Positions 12,401 to 24,400 of a DNA stretch of 41,680 nt are shown here, piece by piece. The position numbers and the translations under genes are program-made. The stretch covers positions 1 to 41,680 of the forward strand of contig JAUCBJ010001042.1 in NCBI GenBank assembly GCA_032718475.1. The letters run 5' to 3'. A model generated the notes under the pieces. That model made no database searches. It was not told the DNA's origin and was given only the letters and a program-made list of their open reading frames with translations. Source of the stretch: Nemertoderma westbladi. Lineage: Eukaryota > Animalia > Xenacoelomorpha. How positions within the stretch are numbered: position 1 is the first letter of the stretch; every line of letters begins with the position of its first letter.

Positions 12401-15400
12401 GTGAGGGGAAGTATTTCAAGCGAGGGAAAGTATTTATAGTGAGGGAAAGTATTTATAGTGAGAAAAAGTATTTATAGTGAGAGAATGTATTTCTAGTGAG
12501 GGAAAGTATTTCTTGTGAGGGGAAGTATTTCAAGCGAGGGAAAGTATTTATAGTGAGGGAAAGTATTTCTAGTGAGGGAAAGTATTTATAGTGAGAAAAA
12601 GTATTTATAGTGAGAGAATGTATTTCTAGTGAGGGAAAGTATTTCTTGTGAGGGGAAGTATTTCAAGCGAGGGAAAGTATTTATAGTGAGGGGAAGTATT
12701 TCTAGCGAGGGAAAGTATTTATAGTGAGGGGAAGTATTTCAAGCGAGGGAAAGTATTTATAGTGAGGGAAAGTATTTCAAGCGAGGGAAAGTATTTCTAG
12801 CGAGGGAAAGTATTTCTAGCGAGGGAAAGTATTTATAGTGAGGGAAAGTATTTATAGTGAGAAAAAGTATTTATAGTGAGAGAATGTATTTCTAGTGAGG
12901 GAAAGTATTTCTTGTGAGGGGAAGTATTTCAAGCGAGGGAAAGTATTTATAGTGAGGGAAAGTATTTCTAGTGAGGGAAAGTATTTATAGTGAGGGGAAG
13001 TATTTATAGTGAGGGAAAGTATTTCTAGCGAGGGAAAGTATTTCAAGCGAGGGAAAGTATTTATAGTGAGAAAAAGTATTTATAGTGAGAGAATGTATTT
13101 CTAGTGAGGGAAAGTATTTCTTGTGAGGGGAAGTATTTCAAGCGAGGGAAAGTATTTATAGTGAGGGGAAGTATTTATAGTGAGGGAAAGTATTTCTAAC
13201 GAGGGAAAGTATTTATAGTGAGAAAAAGTATTTATAGTGAGAGAATGTATTTCTAGTGAGGGAAAGTATTTCTTGTGAGGGGAAGTATTTCAAGCGAGGG
13301 AAAGTATTTATAGTGAGGGGAAGTATTTCTAGCGAGGGAAAGTATTTCAAGCGAGGGAAAGTATTTATAGTGAGGGGAAGTATTTATAGTGAGGGAAAGT
13401 ATTTATAGTGAGGGGAAGTATTTATAGTGAGGGAAAGTATTTCTAGCGAGGGAAAGTATTTCAAGCGAGGGAAAGTATTTATAGTGAGGGGAAGTATTTA
13501 TAGTGAGGGAAAGTATTTATAGTGAGGGGAAGTATTTATAGTGAGGGAAAGTATTTCTAGCGAGGGAAAGTATTTCAAGCGAGGGAAAGTATTTATAGTG
13601 AGAAAAAGTATTTATAGTGAGAGAATGTATTTCTAGTGAGGGAAAGTATTTCTTGTGAGGGGAAGTATTTCAAGCGAGGGAAAGTATTTATAGTGAGGGG
13701 AAGTATTTATAGTGAGGGAAAGTATTTCTAACGAGGGAAAGTATTTATAGTGAGGGGAAGTATTTCAAGCGAGGGAAAGTATTTATAGTTTGGGAAAGTA
13801 TTTATAGTGAGGGGAAGTATTTATAGTGAGGGAAAGTATTTATAGTGAGGGGAAGTATTTCTAACGAGGGAAAGTATTTATAGTGAGGGGAAGTATTTCA
13901 AGCGAGGGAAAGTATTTATAGTTTGGGAAAGTATTTATAGTGAGGGGAAGTATTTATAGTGAGGGAAAGTATTTCTAGCGAGGGAAAGTATTTATAGTGA
14001 GGGAGAGTATTTATAGTGAGGGGAAGTATTTCTAGCGAGGGAAAGTATTTATAGTTTGGGAAAGTATTTATAGTGAGGGAAAGTATTTATAGTGAGGGGA
14101 AGTATTTCTAGCGAGGGAAAGTATTTATAGTGAGGGGAAGTATTTCAAGCGAGGGAAAGTATTTCTAGCGAGGGAAAGTATTTATAGTGAGAAAAAGTAT
14201 TTATAGTGAGAAAAAGTATTTATAGTGAGAGAATGTATTTCAAGCGAGGGAAAGTATTTATAGTGAGGGGAAGTATTTCAAGCGAGGGAAAGTATTTATA
14301 GTGAGGGGAAGTATTTATAGTGAGGGAAAGTATTTCTAGCGAGGGAAAGTATTTATAGTGAGGGGAAGTATTTCAAGCGAGGGAAAGTATTTCTAGCGAG
14401 GGAAAGTATTTCTAGTGAGGGAGAGTATTTCTAGTGAGGGAAAGTATTTCTTGTGAGGGGAAGTGAGGGGAAGTATTTCAAGCGAGGGAAAGTATTTATA
14501 GTGAGGGGAAGTATTTATAGTGATGGAAAGTATTTCTAGCGAGGGAAAGTATTTATAGTGAGGGGAAGTATTTCAAGCGAGGGAAAGTATTTATAGTGAG
14601 GGGAAGTATTTATAGTGAGGGAAAGTATTTATAGTGAGGGAAAGTATTTCTAGTGAGGGAAAGTATTTCTAGTGAGGGAAAGTATTTCTAGTGAGGGAGA
14701 GTATTTCTAGTCAGGGGAAGTATTTATAGTGAGAAAAAGTATTTATAGTGAGAGAATGTATTTCAAGCGAGGGAAAGTATTTATAGTGAGGGGAAGTATT
14801 TCAAGCAAGGGAAAGTATTTCTAGCGAGGGAAAGTATTTATAGTGAGAAAAAGTATTTATAGTGAGGGAGAGTATTTCTAGTGAGGGAAAGTATTTCTAG
14901 CGAGGGGAAGTATTTCAAGCGAGGGAAAGTATTTATAGTGAGGGGAAGTATTTCTTGTGAGGGGAAGTATTTCAAGCGAGGGAAAGTATTTATAGTGAGG
15001 GGAAGTATTTATAGTGAGGGAAAGTATTTCTAACGAGGGAAAGTATTTATAGTGAGAAAAAGTATTTATAGTGAGAGAATGTATTTCTAGTGAGGGAAAG
15101 TATTTCTTGTGAGGGGAAGTATTTCAAGCGAGGGAAAGTATTTATAGTGAGGGGAAGTATTTATAGTGAGGGAAAGTATTTCTAACGAGGGAAAGTATTT
15201 ATAGTGAGAAAAAGTATTTATAGTGAGAGAATGTATTTCTAGTGAGGGAAAGTATTTCTTGTGAGGGGAAGTATTTCAAGCGAGGGAAAGTATTTATAGT
15301 GAGGGGAAGTATTTATAGTGAGGGAAAGTATTTCTAACGAGGGAAAGTATTTATAGTGTGGGGAAGTATTTCAAGCGAGGGAAAGTATTTCTAATGAGGG

Positions 15401-18400
15401 AAAGTATTTATAGTGAGGGGAAGTATTTATAGTGAGGGAAAGTATTTATAGTGAGGGGAAGTATTTATAGTGAGGGAAAGTATTTCTAGTGAGGAAAAGT
15501 ATTTATAGTGAGGGAAAGTATTTATAGTGAGGGGAAGTATTTCTAGCGAGGGAAAGTATTTATAGTGAGGGGAAGTATTTCAAGCGAGGGAAAGTATTTA
15601 TAGTGAGGGAAAGTATTTATAGTGAGGGGAAGTATTTCTAGCGAGGGAAAGTATTTATAGTGAGGGGAAGTATTTCAAGCGAGGGAAAGTATTTATAGTG
15701 AGGGAAAGTATTTCTAGTGAGGGAAAGTATTTATAGTGAGGGGAAGTATTTATAGTGAGGGAAAGTATTTCTAGCGAGGGAAAGTATTTATAGTGAGGGA
15801 AAGTATTTATAGTGAGGGGAAGTATTTCTAGCGAGGGAAAGTATTTATAGTGAGAACAAGTATTTATAGTAAGAGAATGTATTTCTAGTGAGGAAAAGTA
15901 TTTCTAGTGAGGGAGAGTATTTCTAGTGAGGGAAAGTATTTATAGTGAGGGAAAGTATTTCTAGCGAGGGAAAGTATTTATAGTGAGGGAAAGTATTTCA
16001 AGCGAGGGAAAGTATTTATAGTGAGGGGAAGTATTTATAGTGAGGGAAAGTATTTCTAGCGAGGGAAAGTATTTATAGTGAGGGAAAGTATTTATAGTGA
16101 GGGGAAGTATTTCTAGCGAGGGAAAGTATTTATAGTGAGAACAAGTATTTATAGTAAGAGAATGTATTTCTAGTGAGGAAAAGTATTTCTAGTGAGGGAG
16201 AGTATTTCTAGTGAGGGAAAGTATTTATAGTGAGGGAAAGTATTTCTAGCGAGGGAAAGTATTTATAGTGAGGGAAAGTATTTCAAGCGAGGGAAAGTAT
16301 TTATAGTGAGGGAAAGTATTTCTAGCGAGGGAAAGTATTTATAGTGAGGGAAAGTATTTCTAGTGAGGGAGAGTATTTATAGTGAGGGAAAGTATTTATA
16401 GTGAGGGAAAGTATTCCTAGTGAGGGAAAATACTTATTGTAAGGGAAAGTATTTATAGTGAGGGAAAGTATTTCTAGTGAGGGAGAGTATTTATAGTGAG
16501 GGAAAGTATTTATAGTGAGGGAAAGTATTCCTAGTGAGGGAAAATACTTATTGTAAGGGAAAGTATTTATAGTGAGGGAAAGTATTTCTAGCGAGGGAAA
16601 GTATTTATAGTGAGGGAAAGTATTTATAGTGAGGGGAAGTATTTCTAGCGAGGGAAAGTATTTATAGTGAGGGGAAGTATTTCAAGCGAGGGAAAGTATT
16701 TATAGTGAGGGAAAGTATTTATAGTGAGAAAAAGTATTTATAGTGAGAGAATGTATTTCTAGTGAGGGAAAGTATTTCTTGTGAGGGGAAGTATTTCAAG
16801 CGAGGGAAAGTATTTATAGTGAGGGAAAGTATTTCTAGTGAGGGAAAGTATTTATAGTGAGAAAAAGTATTTATAGTGAGAGAATGTATTTCTAGTGAGG
16901 GAAAGTATTTCTTGTGAGGGGAAGTATTTCAAGCGAGGGAAAGTATTTATAGTGAGGGGAAGTATTTCTAGCGAGGGAAAGTATTTATAGTGAGGGGAAG
17001 TATTTCAAGCGAGGGAAAGTATTTATAGTGAGGGAAAGTATTTCAAGCGAGGGAAAGTATTTCTAGCGAGGGAAAGTATTTCTAGCGAGGGAAAGTATTT
17101 ATAGTGAGGGAAAGTATTTATAGTGAGAAAAAGTATTTATAGTGAGAGAATGTATTTCTAGTGAGGGAAAGTATTTCTTGTGAGGGGAAGTATTTCAAGC
17201 GAGGGAAAGTATTTATAGTGAGGGAAAGTATTTCTAGTGAGGGAAAGTATTTATAGTGAGGGGAAGTATTTATAGTGAGGGAAAGTATTTCTAGCGAGGG
17301 AAAGTATTTCAAGCGAGGGAAAGTATTTATAGTGAGAAAAAGTATTTATAGTGAGAGAATGTATTTCTAGTGAGGGAAAGTATTTCTTGTGAGGGGAAGT
17401 ATTTCAAGCGAGGGAAAGTATTTATAGTGAGGGGAAGTATTTATAGTGAGGGAAAGTATTTCTAACGAGGGAAAGTATTTATAGTGAGAAAAAGTATTTA
17501 TAGTGAGAGAATGTATTTCTAGTGAGGGAAAGTATTTCTTGTGAGGGGAAGTATTTCAAGCGAGGGAAAGTATTTATAGTGAGGGGAAGTATTTCTAGCG
17601 AGGGAAAGTATTTCAAGCGAGGGAAAGTATTTATAGTGAGGGGAAGTATTTATAGTGAGGGAAAGTATTTATAGTGAGGGGAAGTATTTATAGTGAGGGA
17701 AAGTATTTCTAGCGAGGGAAAGTATTTCAAGCGAGGGAAAGTATTTATAGTGAGGGGAAGTATTTATAGTGAGGGAAAGTATTTATAGTGAGGGGAAGTA
17801 TTTATAGTGAGGGAAAGTATTTCTAGCGAGGGAAAGTATTTCAAGCGAGGGAAAGTATTTATAGTGAGAAAAAGTATTTATAGTGAGAGAATGTATTTCT
17901 AGTGAGGGAAAGTATTTCTTGTGAGGGGAAGTATTTCAAGCGAGGGAAAGTATTTATAGTGAGGGGAAGTATTTATAGTGAGGGAAAGTATTTCTAACGA
18001 GGGAAAGTATTTATAGTGAGGGGAAGTATTTCAAGCGAGGGAAAGTATTTATAGTTTGGGAAAGTATTTATAGTGAGGGGAAGTATTTATAGTGAGGGAA
18101 AGTATTTATAGTGAGGGGAAGTATTTCTAACGAGGGAAAGTATTTATAGTGAGGGGAAGTATTTCAAGCGAGGGAAAGTATTTATAGTTTGGGAAAGTAT
18201 TTATAGTGAGGGGAAGTATTTATAGTGAGGGAAAGTATTTATAGTGAGGGGAAGTATTTATAGTGAGGGAAAGTATTTCTAGCGAGGGAAAGTATTTATA
18301 GTGAGGGAGAGTATTTATAGTGAGGGGAAGTATTTCTAGCGAGGGAAAGTATTTATAGTTTGGGAAAGTATTTATAGTGAGGGAAAGTATTTATAGTGAG

Positions 18401-21400
18401 GGGAAGTATTTCTAGCGAGGGAAAGTATTTATAGTGAGGGGAAGTATTTCAAGCGAGGGAAAGTATTTCTAGCGAGGGAAAGTATTTATAGTGAGAAAAA
18501 GTATTTATAGTGAGAAAAAGTATTTATAGTGAGAGAATGTATTTCAAGCGAGGGAAAGTATTTATAGTGAGGGGAAGTATTTCAAGCGAGGGAAAGTATT
18601 TATAGTGAGGGGAAGTATTTATAGTGAGGGAAAGTATTTCTAGCGAGGGAAAGTATTTATAGTGAGGGGAAGTATTTCAAGCGAGGGAAAGTATTTCTAG
18701 CGAGGGAAAGTATTTCTAGTGAGGGAGAGTATTTCTAGTGAGGGAAAGTATTTCTTGTGAGGGGAAGTGAGGGGAAGTATTTCAAGCGAGGGAAAGTATT
18801 TATAGTGAGGGGAAGTATTTATAGTGATGGAAAGTATTTCTAGCGAGGGAAAGTATTTATAGTGAGGGGAAGTATTTCAAGCGAGGGAAAGTATTTATAG
18901 TGAGGGGAAGTATTTATAGTGAGGGAAAGTATTTATAGTGAGGGAAAGTATTTCTAGTGAGGGAAAGTATTTCTAGTGAGGGAAAGTATTTCTAGTGAGG
19001 GAGAGTATTTCTAGTCAGGGGAAGTATTTATAGTGAGAAAAAGTATTTATAGTGAGAGAATGTATTTCAAGCGAGGGAAAGTATTTATAGTGAGGGGAAG
19101 TATTTCAAGCAAGGGAAAGTATTTCTAGCGAGGGAAAGTATTTATAGTGAGAAAAAGTATTTATAGTGAGGGAGAGTATTTCTAGTGAGGGAAAGTATTT
19201 CTAGCGAGGGGAAGTATTTCAAGCGAGGGAAAGTATTTATAGTGAGGGGAAGTATTTATAGTGAGAGAATGTATTTCTAGTGAGGGAAAGTATTTATAGT
19301 GAGGGGAAGTATTTATAGTGAGAGAATGTATTTCTAGTGAGGGAAAGTATTTATAGTGAGGGGAAGTATTTATAGTGAGAGAATGTATTTCTAGTGAGGG
19401 AAAGTATTTATAGTGAGGGGAAGTATTTATAGTGAGAGAATGTATTTCTAGTGAGGGAAAGTATTTATAGTGAGGGGAAGTATTTCAAGCGAGGGAAAGT
19501 ATTTATAGTGAGGGGAAGTATTTATAGTGAGGGAAAGTATTTCTAGCGAGGGAAAGTATTTCAAGCGAGTGAAAGTATTTCTAGCGAGGGAAAGTATTTA
19601 TAGTGAGGGGAAGTATTTCAAGCGAGGGAAAGTATTTCTAGCGAGGGAAAGTATTTATAGTGAGAAAAAGTATTTATAGTGAGGGAAAGTATTTATAGTG
19701 AGAAAAAGTATTTATAGTGAGAGAATGTATTTCTAGTGAGGGAAAGTATTTATAGTGAGGGGAAGTATTTCAAGCGAGGGAAAGTATTTATAGTGAGGGG
19801 AAGTATTTATAGTGAGGGAAAGTATTTCTAGCGAGGGAAAGTATTTATAGTGAGGGGAAGTATTTCAAGCGAGGGAAAGTATTTCTAGCGAGGGAAAGTA
19901 TTTATAGTGAGGGGAAGTATTTCAAGCGAGGGAAAGTATTTATAGTGAGAAAAAGTATTTATAGTGAGAGAAAGTATTTCAAGCGAGGGAAAGTATTTCT
20001 AGCGAGGGAAAGTATTTATAGTGAGAAAAAGTATTTATAGTGAGAGAATGTATTTCTAGTGAGGGAAAGTATTTATAGTGAGGGGAAGTATTTCAAGCGA
20101 GGGAAAGTATTTATAGTGAGGGGAAGTATTTATAGTGAGGGAAAGTATTTCTAGCGAGGGAAAGTATTTCTAGTGAGGGGAAGTATTTCAAGCGAGGGAA
20201 AGTATTTCTAGCGAGGGAAAGTATTTATAGTGAGAGAAAGTATTTCTAGCGAGGGAAAGTATTTCTTGTGAGGGGAAGTATTTCTAGTGAGGGAAAGTAT
20301 TTCTAGCGAGGGAAAGTATTTATAGTGAGGGGAAGTATTTCAAGCGAGGGAAAGTATTTATAGTTTGGGAAAGTATTTATAGTGAGGGAAAGTATTTATA
20401 GTGAGGGGAAGTATTTATAGTGAGGGAAAGTATTTATAGTGAGGGGAAGTATTTATAGTGAGGGAAAGTATTTCTAGTGAGGGAAAGTATTTCTAGCGAG
20501 GGAAAGTATTTATAGTGAGGGGAAGTATTTCTAGCGAGGGAAAGTATTTATAGTGAGGGGAAGTATTTCAAGCGAGGGAAAGTATTTATAGTGAGAAAAA
20601 GTATTTATAGTGAGAGAATGTATTTCTAGTGAGGGAAAGTATTTATAGTGAGGGGAAGTATTTCAAGCGAGGGAAAGTATTTATAGTGAGGGGAAGTATT
20701 TATAGTGAGGGAAAGTATTTCTAGCGAGGGAAAGTATTTATAGTGAGAAAAAGTATTTATAGTGAGAGAATGTATTTCTAGTGAGGGAAAGTATTTATAG
20801 TGAGGGAAAGTATTTCTAGCGAGGGAAAGTATTTATAGTGAGGGAAAGTATTTCTAGTGAGGGAAAGTATTTCTAGTGAGGGAGAGTATTTCTAGTCAGG
20901 GGAAGTATTTATAGTGAGAAAAAGTATTTATAGTGAGAGAATGTATTTCTAGTGAGGGAAAGTATTTCTTGTGAGGGGAAGTATTTCTAGTGAGGGAAAG
21001 TATTCCTAGTGAGGGAAAGTATTTCTAGTGAGGGAGAGTATTTCTAGTCAGGGGAAGTATTTATAGTGATGGAAAGTATTTCTAGCGAGGGAAAGTATTT
21101 ATAGTGAGGTAAAGTATTCGTAGTGAGGTAAAGTATTCGTAGTGAGGAAAAATACTTCTTGTGAGGGAAAGTATTTATAGTGAGGGGAAGTATTTCAAGC
21201 GAGGGAAAGTATTTATAGTGAGGGGAAGTATTTATAGTGAGGGAAAGTATTTCTAGTGAGGGAAAGTATTTCTAGTGAGGGAGAGTATTTATAGTGAGGG
21301 AAAGTATTTCTAGTGAGGGAAAGTATTTCTAGTGAGGGGAAGTATTTCTAGTGAGGGAGAGTATTTCTAGTCAGGGGAAGTATTTATAGTGAGAAAAAGT

Positions 21401-24400
21401 ATTTATAGTGAGAGAATGTATTTCTAGTGAGGGAGAGTATTTCTAGTCAGGGGAAGTATTTATAGTGAGAAAAAGTATTTATAGTGAGAGAATGTATTTC
21501 AAGCGAGGGAAAGTATTTATAGTGAGGGGAAGTATTTCAAGCAAGGGAAAGTATTTCTAGCGAGGGAAAGTATTTATAGTGAGAAAAAGTATTTATAGTG
21601 AGGGAGAGTATTTCTAGTGAGGGAAAGTATTTCTAGCGAGGGGAAGTATTTCAAGCGAGGGAAAGTATTTATAGTGAGGGGAAGTATTTATAGTGAGAGA
21701 ATGTATTTCTAGTGAGGGAAAGTATTTATAGTGAGGGGAAGTATTTATAGTGAGAGAATGTATTTCTAGTGAGGGAAAGTATTTATAGTGAGGGGAAGTA
21801 TTTATAGTGAGAGAATGTATTTCTAGTGAGGGAAAGTATTTATAGTGAGGGGAAGTATTTATAGTGAGAGAATGTATTTCTAGTGAGGGAAAGTATTTAT
21901 AGTGAGGGGAAGTATTTCAAGCGAGGGAAAGTATTTATAGTGAGGGGAAGTATTTATAGTGAGGGAAAGTATTTCTAGCGAGGGAAAGTATTTCAAGCGA
22001 GTGAAAGTATTTCTAGCGAGGGAAAGTATTTATAGTGAGGGGAAGTATTTCAAGCGAGGGAAAGTATTTCTAGCGAGGGAAAGTATTTATAGTGAGAAAA
22101 AGTATTTATAGTGAGGGAAAGTATTTATAGTGAGAAAAAGTATTTATAGTGAGAGAATGTATTTCTAGTGAGGGAAAGTATTTATAGTGAGGGGAAGTAT
22201 TTCAAGCGAGGGAAAGTATTTATAGTGAGGGGAAGTATTTATAGTGAGGGAAAGTATTTCTAGCGAGGGAAAGTATTTATAGTGAGGGGAAGTATTTCAA
22301 GCGAGGGAAAGTATTTCTAGCGAGGGAAAGTATTTATAGTGAGGGGAAGTATTTCAAGCGAGGGAAAGTATTTATAGTGAGAAAAAGTATTTATAGTGAG
22401 AGAAAGTATTTCAAGCGAGGGAAAGTATTTCTAGCGAGGGAAAGTATTTATAGTGAGAAAAAGTATTTATAGTGAGAGAATGTATTTCTAGTGAGGGAAA
22501 GTATTTATAGTGAGGGGAAGTATTTCAAGCGAGGGAAAGTATTTATAGTGAGGGGAAGTATTTATAGTGAGGGAAAGTATTTCTAGCGAGGGAAAGTATT
22601 TCTAGTGAGGGGAAGTATTTCAAGCGAGGGAAAGTATTTCTAGCGAGGGAAAGTATTTATAGTGAGAGAAAGTATTTCTAGCGAGGGAAAGTATTTCTTG
22701 TGAGGGGAAGTATTTCTAGTGAGGGAAAGTATTTCTAGCGAGGGAAAGTATTTATAGTGAGGGGAAGTATTTCAAGCGAGGGAAAGTATTTATAGTTTGG
22801 GAAAGTATTTATAGTGAGGGAAAGTATTTATAGTGAGGGGAAGTATTTATAGTGAGGGAAAGTATTTATAGTGAGGGGAAGTATTTATAGTGAGGGAAAG
22901 TATTTCTAGTGAGGGAAAGTATTTCTAGCGAGGGAAAGTATTTATAGTGAGGGGAAGTATTTCTAGCGAGGGAAAGTATTTATAGTGAGGGGAAGTATTT
23001 CAAGCGAGGGAAAGTATTTATAGTGAGAAAAAGTATTTATAGTGAGAGAATGTATTTCTAGTGAGGGAAAGTATTTATAGTGAGGGGAAGTATTTCAAGC
23101 GAGGGAAAGTATTTATAGTGAGGGGAAGTATTTATAGTGAGGGAAAGTATTTCTAGCGAGGGAAAGTATTTATAGTGAGAAAAAGTATTTATAGTGAGAG
23201 AATGTATTTCTAGTGAGGGAAAGTATTTATAGTGAGGGAAAGTATTTCTAGCGAGGGAAAGTATTTATAGTGAGGGAAAGTATTTCTAGTGAGGGAAAGT
23301 ATTTCTAGTGAGGGAGAGTATTTCTAGTCAGGGGAAGTATTTATAGTGAGAAAAAGTATTTATAGTGAGAGAATGTATTTCTAGTGAGGGAAAGTATTTC
23401 TTGTGAGGGGAAGTATTTCTAGTGAGGGAAAGTATTCCTAGTGAGGGAAAGTATTTCTAGTGAGGGAGAGTATTTCTAGTCAGGGGAAGTATTTATAGTG
23501 ATGGAAAGTATTTCTAGCGAGGGAAAGTATTTATAGTGAGGTAAAGTATTCGTAGTGAGGTAAAGTATTCGTAGTGAGGAAAAATACTTCTTGTGAGGGA
23601 AAGTATTTATAGTGAGGGGAAGTATTTCAAGCGAGGGAAAGTATTTATAGTGAGGGGAAGTATTTATAGTGAGGGAAAGTATTTCTAGTGAGGGAAAGTA
23701 TTTCTAGTGAGGGAGAGTATTTATAGTGAGGGAAAGTATTTCTAGTGAGGGAAAGTATTTCTAGTGAGGGGAAGTATTTCTAGTGAGGGAGAGTATTTCT
23801 AGTCAGGGGAAGTATTTATAGTGAGAAAAAGTATTTATAGTGAGAGAATGTATTTCTAGTGAGGGAAAGTATTTCTTGTGAGGGGAAGTATTTCTAGTGA
23901 GGGAAAGTATTCCTAGTGAGGGAAAGTATTTCTAGTGAGGGAGAGTATTTCTAGTGAGGGAAAGTATTTATAGTGAGAGAATGTATTTCTAGTGAGGGGT
24001 AGTGAGGGGAAGTATTTATAGTGAGAGAAAGTATTTATAGTGAGGGAAAGTATTTATAGTGAGAAAAAGTATTTATAGTGAGAAAAAGTATTTATAGTGA
24101 GGGAAAGTATTTATAGTGAGAGAATGTATTTCTAGTGAGGGGTAGTGAGGGGAAGTATTTATAGTGAGAGAATGTATTTCTAGTGAGGGGAAGTATTTCT
24201 AGCGAGGGAAAGTATTTATAGTGAGAAAAAGTATTTATAGTGAGAGAATGTATTTCTAGTGAGGGGAAGTATTTCTAGCGAGGGAAAGTATTTATAGTGA
24301 GAAAAAGTATTTATAGTGAGAGAATGTATTTCTAGTGAGGGGAAGTATTTCTAACGAGGGAAAGTATTTATAGTGAGGGGAAGTATTTCAAGCGAGGGAA

